DNA of 64,000 nucleotides, taken from the IMG/VR virus record IMGVR_UViG_3300034105_002043, positions 12,747 through 76,746 of that record; one strand, written 5' to 3'. Position 1 is the stretch's first letter; each line of letters opens with the position of its first letter. Made by a program: the position numbers and the translations under genes. Shown here piece after piece: positions 15,373 to 26,500 of the stretch. The notes below the pieces were generated by a model. It was not told where the DNA came from and searched no databases. It saw only the letters and a program-made list of their open reading frames with translations. This stretch comes from a virus.

Positions 15373-18300
15373 TTACTTTTTTAATTGAGCAAATGCTCTT
15401 TTTTTAGCATCGTTCCAACTTTCGCCGTCTTTACGAATTTCTTTAGCCAAAATATTTGCTTGTTTTAACATTTCGCTTCCGCTACGTTTTTTAGTTTCGC
15501 CACCCATTTCTTTTTTAGCAGGTTGCATTGCTTTTACTTTTCCTGCAACTTTGTCGCCAACCTCTTGGGCTTCTTCTTTTGAATAGTATTTACCATACTC
15601 TTCTTGATATTGGCTCTTTACAGGTTTTCCCTCGTACTGTTTTGCTACTTTCGCTGAAAGTTTGTCAAAGTTGGAAATTTTGCCACCTCTTCCAAAAGTT
15701 CCTGTTTCCATAAACTTTTTGAATTTGGCTAACCCTTTAACGTGTTGCTCCGAAACTACTTTTTCAGTCAATCTTTTTGGAGAAGAAACCTCTAAAGTAT
15801 AATTAGGGTCTTCGTAAGGCGTGTATTTAAAAATTTCGTAGCCTTTACTTCCTGTTGGTTCGGTTTTTCCACCTTGAGCAGAGGTAATTAATTTACCACT
15901 ATAAATTTTAATTGTAGATAATCTCCAATCGTAATCATTGAAATTATCTATATTAGTTTCTGCTTTCCAATTACCCCTCATATCTTTTCTGATATAAGTT
16001 TCTCCGACTTTAGTTTCTGATTTTCTTGAAGCAGTAGGCGTTGGTTCTGCACCAACAGGTTCAGCCCCTTTCTTAACCCAATATCCGTTTGCAGGTTTAA
16101 CTTTGCTTCCGTCTTTTAATTCAACCTCAACAACATCACGTTTTGGAATATAGTTTGCTTTTGAAGATATATCCCCACCTTTAGCAAGTACGTTAGCACC
16201 ATTTAAAACGTCAGCACCTTTATAGGTTACTTCTTTACCATTACGTTTTACTGTAACGGTTTTGATGTCTGCTTTTAAAATGTATTTTTTAAGATTTCCG
16301 CCTTTAGCAAATTCATTTTTTCCCCAATAACGATAAGTGTCTATCATTCTTCTCTGACCTTTTGGGGTTGTACTGATGTAAAATTCTATCTTTTGCAACT
16401 CCTCTTTTGGAATTTGAGTTTCTTTAACAATATTTATGTATTTATTATATTCCGTTTCATCAAAATCAGAATCTAAAACTTTTTGATACGCTTTTGCTAA
16501 TTTTAGACTATCTCTTTCAGACCTTTCTTTAAAATTAAGTTTTCCGCCTTTAGCGTAAACGTCATTCATAAAACCACCGTCAGCAAACAAAAACTTAACA
16601 TCTTTAATTAACTCATAAGTTGTTAAATCTTGATTGTTTTCAACTTTTCGTTTTAAATTAGAATAAAAGTTATCGGCAAATTCCACAGAAAGTTGTGGCG
16701 ACATTTTAAAATCTTTTGGTAATCCTTTTGCACCATATTTTCCAATTTCTCCCTCATATATAAAAACGTGTCTTCTGTTATTAAACCCACTACTAATACC
16801 TATTGTAAATTTTCCTACTTGTTCTTCTTTGAAAATTATTTCTTTACCAAAAATGCCATCAAAAGTTCTAACTTGTCCGCCGTCAGCGTAAACATCATTC
16901 ATAAAACCCCCGTCAGCATAATTGTTTTCGGCTTTTACTAATTCGTTTAATTCATCGAATTCAAATGAATATTTATCTCCCTCTTCATCTCTTGCTTCAC
17001 AAGCACCATCATTATATACTTTTATAACTGTGTAAACAATACTTCCGTTGTTTTTATATCTAAAACTTTCGCCAACTCTAAATCTTGTCAAAGGTTTTTC
17101 AACGCTCCCACCGTCAGCAAATTTTTGTACGATTTGAAATTCAATACTTGAAACTCTTGCAACAGAAAGAGCAAGGTGTCCTCTTAAAACATCTTTAAAT
17201 GTTTGATTGTAGTTTAAATAGAAGAATTGAGAGTTTAAAAATTTCTCAACACCTGCTTGATTTTTATTTACTAATTTATTTACAAGCATTTCTGTTTCCT
17301 GTTCGTCTAATTCAATTTTAGAAAAACTATTTGGAACTAATTTTTCAACTTGTAAATTACCTAATGAAAAAGCAATTCCCGAATTAGACCAACCTCCGTA
17401 AAGACTTTCATAAGGAACTAACACACAACCTTTAAATTGGTCTTTTAATTTAATTCCAAAAACATAAGTTTCTTTATTTCCGTATGAATCTTGCAATCTT
17501 ACAATGTATTTTGCTATTGCTTTACCATTCATAACTTGTTTGAATCTATCAACTTCGTATTTGTCAAGAAAACCACCGTCAGCATAATTACCATTAATAT
17601 TAATGTTTTCAACAAAAGACAATAAAGGCGATGTTACTACGAAATCATCTCCATCGTAGTCAGATAATGCCTCAACAATAGATTCTTTATCAGAAACTTT
17701 TAAACCTCTTATGAAACCTAATAAATCATCAGTTACAAAGAATTGTTGGTCTTCTTCAAATTCATTATCGTCAGAATCGTAATTTTCTAACGCTTTCAAT
17801 ATTTGTTCTTTTTCACTTAAACTCCCACCATCAGCATATCCTTTTCTTGCAGGGGCATCAAATTTTATTTGCATTTTGCCATCAGTACCTCTTGAAAAAG
17901 TATCGAACTCTTTGTCAGTTATAAAATACTCTTTTCCGTCAACTTTAATTCTTGTTCCACCTGTACCTGCTAATTTATAAAAATCATCAGCCACTTTTCC
18001 CATACCTAATCCACGATAAGTAATTCTACGTTGTTCAAGCCTTTCTTTAAAATTTGGTATGTCTTTAACAGAGGTAACAACCATTCCGCCTTTAGCGTAA
18101 ACATCATTCATAAAACCTCCGTCAGCATATTGATTTATATTTTCAACGATTATTTGTTCTTTGTAATCTACATTTCCTTGCCATCTTGGTCTGCCATAAG
18201 ACCTAACTATTTTGAAAGTAGTTCCATCTTTTAAATCAACTGAATATATATCTTCATAATAAGGGTAACTATCGTTATAAGGGTAATTTTTTCCTTTTTC

Positions 18301-20568
18301 AATTAACTCAATATTTTTAACTACGTTTCCTAATTTACTTGTAATGTACTTATTCAACTCGTCTTTATTGGTTATTGTGATATAGCCATCATCTTTTTTT
18401 CCTGCCATAATGCCTTTGTAGAATGATTGCCAATAAGCATTTAATTTTTCTAAATCTTTATTGTCAATTTTACCACCTTTAGCGTATTTAATTTTACGAA
18501 AAATTTTCCAATTTTCATTTGGTCTTTTTATGTAAAAATTATCATTTTCTATTTTAAAATCATTAGTACCTCTATTAACTATTTGTCCATCAAAAATTTC
18601 TTTTTCATTTTTAAATTCGCTTAATAACCTTTTCATACTAACATAATCACCAACACCTCCGCCTTTGGCGTAAACACTCGAAGCCCCTGAATTATCAGAA
18701 ACAATTCCTCTCGAACCTACATTATCTCCCGCAGTTTTAAAAATTTGTGTTCTTAACTCTTTTAAGTCTTTTTCATTTATTGTAAAAGGAGTTAATTTAT
18801 CCATTTGGAAATGCACAAAGTAAGCCCCGTTAGAATGACTTTGGCTCATTAATCCACGACCTGTTGACAAATCTATTTTACCTATTCTTGTTTCAGATTG
18901 AATTGTAATAATTTCTTTTGAATCATCTTTACCAATTGGATAAACACTAAAATCTTGAGATTTTCTCATTCCTGAAATTTTCATTTCAATTGAAGCAGTT
19001 CCCAATATGTTTTTACTCAAACCAAGAATTTCTGCTTTGGCAACTTCTCCGCCTTTAGCCATTGAAACTATATTATCAAAGAAATCGAAACTTTCAGTAT
19101 ATGAAATATCAGCCACCTTATCAAGTAATCTTTTTGAACTTAAATAAGAAGCCATTTCAGATATGTAATTTTTTTCTTTGCTTGAAATAGGCTCGTTTTT
19201 ATTTATTTTGTTTTTTAAATTCAAAGCCTCTGTATATGATATATCAGACATAGAATCCCCAATACGTTTGTCAATTTTATAGTTAATCATACTTAAAATT
19301 GAATTTTTGTATTTTGGATTTACAGTTCCTAAACTTCCGCCTTTAGCATAAGTACTCATATAACTTGAAACATTTGGGATAGTTCCGTCAAAATATCCGC
19401 CGTCAGCATATACATTATTCATAAAACCACCGTCTTCAAACTTCGCATTATTCCAACTAAAGAATTCAGAGTTAGCAGTAAACTTTTGTTTACCACCCTC
19501 ACGGCTATAAGAAATATCTCCTACTTCCTCTCCGTCCCCGTCAAAAATGCTAAACACGGCATTTGAAACCCCGTTTTCGTCAGAGTTAATGATTGGCTCA
19601 ACTTCGTATTGTTCGTCCTTGTAATCAAACGTATAGTCATCTCTCAAGTCAATTCCCTCCATACCTTTTAAGAAACCTTTCAAGTTCCCCATAGCATCGT
19701 CAGTAAATTTTTTGGTCAATTCTTCTTTTGTTCCCGCAGACACGTTTATTGGTTCGACAACTTCTTTGTTTTCAATTTCTTCCATTTCCATTTCATCATC
19801 GTCATCGTCATCATCATCTTCCCCTAATTGGTCTTCCATTTCGTCCTCCATTAATTCTTTTTGCCCGTCAAGGTAGTGAGTAATGTCTGAAAGGTTTTGA
19901 GTTGCAGTTTCCATTTTTGCAACCACCCAAGCAGGAACAGGTATTTTATCTTCTAAAATATCCTCTAACTCCTCGTGATGATGCTCTACCTCAACGTTTT
20001 GATTCATAATCATTTGTTGATTATCGCTAAAATCTTCTATGTTTCCGCCGTCAGCAAATTTTTTAATAAATTTTACGTTATCTACTACAACATCTTGTAA
20101 ATTTCTTTTATAAGAATGTAAATGATATTGAACATCGTAAATTCCTTGAACATTTCTTGTTTCAATTTTAGAAACTAAATAAACATTGTCTTTGTAAACA
20201 ACTTTATCTCCCTCTTTTATTTTTTCAATGTTGCCACCGTCAGTATAATATTTACCCTCCCTCAAACCATTGTAAAGTTCTAATGCGTTTACAGGTTCAA
20301 AAGACAAATCTCTTTCAAACCCCCAACCCATTCGGTTTCGGTAATTTTCAAGTTCACTTCTTCCTACGCTACCTACTTCAGCACCATATCCTAAATCAAC
20401 AATAGCCCATAGATATTCAGGGTCTTCAGGGTCAGAATTTAATATGAACCAAGTTCCTGCCCCATACGGGTTAAATATCTTGGCTACAACCTCTTGTTTA
20501 GAGAGGTCGCTACCAAGTGAATATTGTTTGAATAATTGTCTGTCTATTGTTTTATTAAATAACTTCAT
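15373..20568 (-). CDS. polyvalent protein/polyprotein 1 (N-terminal DUF2958-like domain; about 20 [FYML]xxGG linkers)
   Basis: KIFNPYGAGTWF...VDLG.G.E.G.V...EL......ERDLSF (DUF2958 pattern); repeated YADGG/FADGG/YAKGG between unrelated 40-150 aa segments; basic C-terminal AKEIRKDGESW motif. Confidence 0.8.
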   Translation of the reverse strand: MKLFNKTIDRQLFKQYSLGSDLSKQEVVAKIFNPYGAGTWFILNSDPEDPEYLWAIVDLGYGAEVGSVGRSELENYRNRMGWGFERDLSFEPVNALELYNGLREGKYYTDGGNIEKIKEGDKVVYKDNVYLVSKIETRNVQGIYDVQYHLHSYKRNLQDVVVDNVKFIKKFADGGNIEDFSDNQQMIMNQNVEVEHHHEELEDILEDKIPVPAWVVAKMETATQNLSDITHYLDGQKELMEDEMEDQLGEDDDDDDDDEMEMEEIENKEVVEPINVSAGTKEELTKKFTDDAMGNLKGFLKGMEGIDLRDDYTFDYKDEQYEVEPIINSDENGVSNAVFSIFDGDGEEVGDISYSREGGKQKFTANSEFFSWNNAKFEDGGFMNNVYADGGYFDGTIPNVSSYMSTYAKGGSLGTVNPKYKNSILSMINYKIDKRIGDSMSDISYTEALNLKNKINKNEPISSKEKNYISEMASYLSSKRLLDKVADISYTESFDFFDNIVSMAKGGEVAKAEILGLSKNILGTASIEMKISGMRKSQDFSVYPIGKDDSKEIITIQSETRIGKIDLSTGRGLMSQSHSNGAYFVHFQMDKLTPFTINEKDLKELRTQIFKTAGDNVGSRGIVSDNSGASSVYAKGGGVGDYVSMKRLLSEFKNEKEIFDGQIVNRGTNDFKIENDNFYIKRPNENWKIFRKIKYAKGGKIDNKDLEKLNAYWQSFYKGIMAGKKDDGYITITNKDELNKYITSKLGNVVKNIELIEKGKNYPYNDSYPYYEDIYSVDLKDGTTFKIVRSYGRPRWQGNVDYKEQIIVENINQYADGGFMNDVYAKGGMVVTSVKDIPNFKERLEQRRITYRGLGMGKVADDFYKLAGTGGTRIKVDGKEYFITDKEFDTFSRGTDGKMQIKFDAPARKGYADGGSLSEKEQILKALENYDSDDNEFEEDQQFFVTDDLLGFIRGLKVSDKESIVEALSDYDGDDFVVTSPLLSFVENININGNYADGGFLDKYEVDRFKQVMNGKAIAKYIVRLQDSYGNKETYVFGIKLKDQFKGCVLVPYESLYGGWSNSGIAFSLGNLQVEKLVPNSFSKIELDEQETEMLVNKLVNKNQAGVEKFLNSQFFYLNYNQTFKDVLRGHLALSVARVSSIEFQIVQKFADGGSVEKPLTRFRVGESFRYKNNGSIVYTVIKVYNDGACEARDEEGDKYSFEFDELNELVKAENNYADGGFMNDVYADGGQVRTFDGIFGKEIIFKEEQVGKFTIGISSGFNNRRHVFIYEGEIGKYGAKGLPKDFKMSPQLSVEFADNFYSNLKRKVENNQDLTTYELIKDVKFLFADGGFMNDVYAKGGKLNFKERSERDSLKLAKAYQKVLDSDFDETEYNKYINIVKETQIPKEELQKIEFYISTTPKGQRRMIDTYRYWGKNEFAKGGNLKKYILKADIKTVTVKRNGKEVTYKGADVLNGANVLAKGGDISSKANYIPKRDVVEVELKDGSKVKPANGYWVKKGAEPVGAEPTPTASRKSETKVGETYIRKDMRGNWKAETNIDNFNDYDWRLSTIKIYSGKLITSAQGGKTEPTGSKGYEIFKYTPYEDPNYTLEVSSPKRLTEKVVSEQHVKGLAKFKKFMETGTFGRGGKISNFDKLSAKVAKQYEGKPVKSQYQEEYGKYYSKEEAQEVGDKVAGKVKAMQPAKKEMGGETKKRSGSEMLKQANILAKEIRKDGESWNDAKKRAFAQLKK
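16543..16584 (-). repeat. 42-nt linker repeat encoding ADGGFMNDVYA(D/K)GG, copy 1 of 5
   Basis: Other copies at 16876-16917, 18085-18126, 19396-19437 and 21232-21273 (in the next gene). Confidence 0.9.
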
Positions 20569-20580
20569 AGTATTTCTAAA

Positions 20581-23500
20581 TTAATCGTTTTTATGTGTGT
20601 TAGATGTAGGCATTGGTAATTCTTCAATGAACTCAAATGCTCTTGGGTTAATTTTTGCAAAACTTTCAGGATTTCTGTTTTTTGGCGTGTAACCCATAGT
20701 CGCTCTTACTCTTTTATCATCGCTCAAGTCTATGTTTTCGTCAAGTGGCTTAATAACAACTTTATTGCTTTTGCTACTTACATTGCTTGTTAAGTCGATT
20801 GGTTCGTCAAAAGTTTCAACATAAACTTCCATTTCAGGGTATCTGTAATTAAAGTTGTTATCTGCTCTCATAAAACCCTCGTTGTCTTCAAACATACCGC
20901 CGTCAGCATAACTACTAACTATGTCAACACCCCAATAGCCATTTCCGAACCATTTTTTAGTTAGTGTTTTAGAAATAAATTCTTCAACATCAAACTTATC
21001 TAATCCACCACCTTGAGTAACTCCTACGGGAATTTGGATTTCAACAACAATTTTTTGTGAATAGTCTTTTTCAAATAATGGTTTTACGATTGTTACACCC
21101 CAATAACCATTACCAAACCAATTATTAGTTAATTTTTTTGACAAAAATTCAGTAAATTCAAATTCGTCTTTAACAACTCTTTCGTAGTTATAAGGAACTT
21201 TAATTTCTGCTAAAAATTTACCTTTTAATTCTCCGCCGTCAGCATAAACATCATTCATAAATCCTCCGTCAGCCATAATTTTTTTACCGCTTTCATCAAA
21301 AACTTCTATTTTACTAAATTCATCATATTTTTTGTATCTGTTAGCGGTATCAATAGCCATCTCCAAAGTTTCTCTAATTTCTGATTGCTTTTCCCCACCA
21401 TCTAAATAGGTAATTTTAAACTTACCTTTTGTTTTTCCGTATGGTTTAAATGCTACTCCACCGCCGTAAGCCATTTGACTTAAATCAAAGTTCATAGCCC
21501 AATTATCAAAATCTCTTACATTATTTGTATATCCGTACTTGTCTTCTAAAACTCTAACTTCTTTTTGACCAAAATTTTCATACAAACCTCTTGATTTTGC
21601 TTTTGTTATTAAAGCCTTTTTCATTTTTTGTATGTCTGCTATTTCTCCGCCTTTAGCATAACTATCGTCATCAAAAGGAATACCGAAACTACTAACATTA
21701 TCGTCTTCTTCATCATCAATGTCGTCATAATCATCATTGTCATACTTATCCCAAGCGTCTTGCCAAGTTTTGCTTACAAAATTAAAGTCATCTCCTGTTA
21801 CTCCCTGAATATGAAAGCCATAAATATAACCTCTTTGCATACGGGCAATTTGAAAATCTACAATTCCTTTTTCAGTATATCCCTCTTCGGTTTCTCTATC
21901 AGAGTTACCTTGTATAACATCGCTTGGTTTCTCATATTCCCAAACCCAAAAATCTTTTTTTATAGTATTATCAAGTTTATCGTAAAGATTAAATCCATCT
22001 TTATCTTTAACTTCCCCGCCGTTAGCGTAACCATACATTTCTCTTGACGATTCGTCCCATTCTTCCTGTGAAATTTGCATTTCAGCCAATTCAGCCAATT
22101 CAGGGCTTAATTGAGAATAGTCGCCCTCAACAGTATCTATTAAAACTTGCAACGCATCAACTTTACTCATACTTTTTGAGTAGTTTTCGTATTGCATTGT
22201 TTCAAAAGGGTCTAAATTATCTAAATCAAAATCTTCTAATTCAGCATCAATGTCATTTACTTCCATTTGTCCGCCGTCAGCATAGCCAAAAGATTCTCTT
22301 TGCTCAATATCTAAAAATACCTTGTCTAAATTTTTATCCTCGTGTCTTGAAAACCATTGAGATTTTGCAGGTAGAGAATTTTTAGCAGGGGAAACCCCTC
22401 TTATGTCTTTAACTTTTTCAAAGTCTTTTTCAGTCATAAACATAATTGTAGTTCCTGCACTTGTATTAGCCCCGCCAAAAGAGTACAATGAAACATACTT
22501 TGCATCGCCTCTATTAATTTGTTGCGTTGCTCTATGGCTTCCTGAATTAACAAAAACATAGCCTTTAGGGGCAACTAATTTATTTGAGTCTTTTTTTACA
22601 ATTGAGGTAGGAGCATTACTACTAACATTTGCGTTTTTGCTTTTAGATTTTAGTTTTCTAAAACCTTTTAATTTATACGACTTTGGATTTTTATTACCAT
22701 AATCATCTTCTAATTTTATTTCTGAAAAATCTTTATCTATTTCATAAATAAATCCCTCTGTGCCATATACAATACTTCCTTGTTTTTCAGTTTTTTTTAC
22801 ATAATCGCCTATTTTAAAACTTTCATCTACATTATTACCACCACTTCCGCTAATAGGCTGATAATCTTTTTTTACCCAATATCCATTTACAGGCTTGATT
22901 GTTTTTCCATTTTTAAGAGTAACTGAAATTACATCACGTTTAGGAACGTAAAATGCAATATTAGTTAAATCTCCGCCGTCTTTTAATAAGTTTGCACCAT
23001 TTAAAACATCGCTACCTTTAACAATTCTTCTTGAGCCTTTAATCATTAACGCTACATAATTTATATCTTCGTTGTCTATATATTTTTTTAGTTTTGAAGA
23101 AGCAGTCGCTTTAGCACGACCTACCATAGAATCAAATTCTCCGTCAAGAAGTCTTTTGTAAATTCCCTCATAATACTCAATCATTTCGGTATCTTTTCTT
23201 TCTTTTCTCATATCTATAAGACGGTTTGCGCTTTCTTTCATTTCAGCCACAACTTCAGGAGTAAATTTTCCTGTATCGCCTTTTTCTCCTAATTTAACAA
23301 GATTATAACCTGTACTTTGATAATTTTTATCGTATGTGAATATAGGCGTGTTACCTGTGGTATCAAGTCTTAATTCTCCATAATCCCCATTAACAGGGTC
23401 GCCATAATTATTCATTACAGTAGCGTATCTTTTTTCATCTTTTTGCCAAACAACATCTCCTGTATTAAATTCAACTGTTCCTACAAATCCGCCACTTTCA

Positions 23501-26500
23501 AAATATTCATTATACTCGTCTTCGGTTAACTCGTTTTCAATAAGCAAGTTTCGCAAATACATTTTCATAATTGGGCTTTTAGCCTCCTCAACAGTAATTG
23601 GTTTACTTATTCCCTCTTTTACGCCAAAACTGTTTTCATTCCACATTTCAGCAACTTGTTTAGGGGTAAGACCTTTTACTTTTTCGTCTTTTTCAGAAAT
23701 AATTTTATTCAGTTCTTCTTGAGAACGAATTCCTCCGCCATTAGCATAAACCCCACTCATAAATTGAGTTCCGTCTGAAACGTCAGGAGTAAAACCTCCG
23801 TTAGACATTTTGTCTAATTTTTTCCAAATACCCTTACTTATTAAGAAATTAATGTTGTCAACAGAATAAATAGAATTTTCTCCGTCTTCCCAATTTACAT
23901 TATACACATTAGGAATATTAGTTTCTTTTCCTATTGTTAGTTGCATTTTTTCTCTTTTATCGAAGTATTTTTCTCCATACCCTGCTTTGAATTTTAATGC
24001 ACCGCCATCAGCCATTTTATATGCTTTATCAGATTTAGCAAAAGCAACAACTTCTTTTTGTTTAGGGTTATTTTTATTACCTACTAAAGCAGTAATAAAG
24101 TCGCTTTGGCTTATCATTTTTCTACCAAGACCTGACATCAAGTTAGATAGTTCGGAATCAGTTAGATTATGCTCTTTCGCAAAAGCATCAACTCCCACTT
24201 CCCTTGTATTTGTTAAATAAGCAATTTGCTCAATATAAAGTTCTCTCATAGATGGTCTGCTTTTGGTTTTTCCACCATAAGCGTATTGACCTTGAGAAAC
24301 GTGAATATTAAAAGCACCTTTTATATCTGAATCTAACGTTGACCAATCAGATGAAATTGCTTTCGTAATTTTATCAGTTGTAAGTTTATTCTTATTACGT
24401 CCATATTTATTTATTTGGTCATTATGGTCATATAAAAAATGTTGTCTTTGTCTTTCTGTATAATTATTCCAAACGTCTTCAGCAGTTCTTCCCTTATAAT
24501 TATTAGGAATAGAACCACCGTCTTTGTAAATACCTTGACTTGCGCCCTCGCCCAAGTAGTAGTTAACATAAGATTGAGAAGCATCATTGATTACTTGTTG
24601 GTTTTGAGCCATAGCCCCACCCAACTCATAATTATTTTCAACGAAATTTTTATATTTTCTGCTAATTATCTGACCAATTTCTTCGTCATTTAATACTTTA
24701 ATTCCATCACTTGAAACTTCATATATATATTCAAAGTCATTTTTTTTCTTTGGGTTTGGAGGAAAAGGCAACGATTTTAACATTATATGATTGTCTTTAT
24801 CAACATAATCTATAAAAGTATATACATTAGACCCTGCGGTATGTTGAGTATCTATAACTTTATAAATATCCCCCTTTTTCAAACCTAATACATTATCTCC
24901 AACTGCACCACCTACGGCAAACAACTCTCCGCTTGACATAGCACCTGTTTCTCCAACAAGACCTGTGTAATAAGTTCCTGAAACCCCGCTTAAAGGCATA
25001 TCGGCATTTAAACCGCCTGTACCTCCTCCTGAATGACCTGCTAAATCAGTTGTCATAAATGCGCCACCAAGTTCAAAAGCACCTGTATTTTGGAAGTTTC
25101 CAAAGTTAGGGTCTGTCATAAAAGGAAGTGAGCCTCCGTTAGCATATTCTTTTTTTGAATGTTCAATAGCAAATTCTTTTGCTTCGTCCATAGTGTCAAA
25201 GTCGGCTAATTTTTTTATTTCCCAATTTTCACTTTCATCATTATAAACATTGTCGTAAACACAATACATATCATTCTCTTCTTGAACGAATATTTCAGTA
25301 TTGCCTAAACCATATTTATTAGAACCCTCTTTGTAAAAAATACCGCCTTTTTCAAAAGAAACATTTTGCATTGTTAAATTGTTCATTCCGCCGTCAATTC
25401 CACCGCCGTTAGCAAGTTTGGTATTTGGATTTCCTCTTTTATTCGCTTCTTTTAAAATTTCTTCAATAGCATCTTGTCTTTCTTCTCTATTGCCTTTTAA
25501 TTCAATTATAACATCGCTATAATCTAAATCTTTCATTTTTGAATATATTTTTGCTATTTTTTCGTCACTATAAGACTTTAATTCTGCTCTTGCTTGTGTT
25601 AAATAAATTGTCATACCTCCGTCAGCATAGTTGCCTTTACTTTGCGCTTTAGCCCAAAAATAATTTACTACTTCAGGAATATTCTTTTTGTAGTATGGTT
25701 GATTATCCATAGCCCACGCTTTAACTTCGTCTTTTGTTTTAAACGGTTTTTGCCAAGAACGACCACTCATAATTTGATTAAATGTAGGTTCTAATTCTTC
25801 GATAAAATCTCCAACAGTCCAACCCTCCCAAACGTGCTTATCCATATTAACAGAACCGCCATTAGCAAATCCCTCCATTTTTAATCTTTCTGACAACCAC
25901 TTAATAGATTCTTCTTTGCTATCAAAATCTCCTACTTCTTCCCAACTTCCTGTTACTGATGGAAGATAATATAGTTTTTTTTCTTTATCCAAATAATTAA
26001 ACCCAACTCCACCATCAAAAACGGGAAGTTCATTGTTGTTTAATTTTTCTCTTGCTTCAACGGCATATTCAAATTTTAAAAACGGCATTATTTTACCGCC
26101 TTTAGCAAAAGATTCATCGCTTTCGTTTAATTCATCAATTTCTGCTTTAATTTTATGAGATTTTAAATATTTAGAAAAATTTTCAAGTATCTCCATTAAA
26201 TCTTCAGTACTTCCATTAAATCTAAAACCAAAATGCGTTCCCTCTTCTCCCATAAATGGATTAGGTTCTAAACCTGCTGAATCCAAATAATCAATAATAT
26301 CGTCATATCTTTCATCTGAAATTTCTGTTTTTACAAGAACGTTACCCGCAAAACTATTTGATTCGGAATTTTCTAAATCAAAATCACTAAAGTTTAAAAT
26401 ACCACCGTTAGCAAAAGAAACATTTTGTATTGTCAAGTTGTTCATTCCGCCGTCAAGAAATCTTGGGTTTTTGATTTCTTTAAGATTAGGATTAATAAGG

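Noticed and set aside
16543-21273. 42-nt repeats as a CRISPR array
   Set aside because: Spacing is 300-1800 nt and irregular, the repeats are in-frame coding, and there are no cas genes
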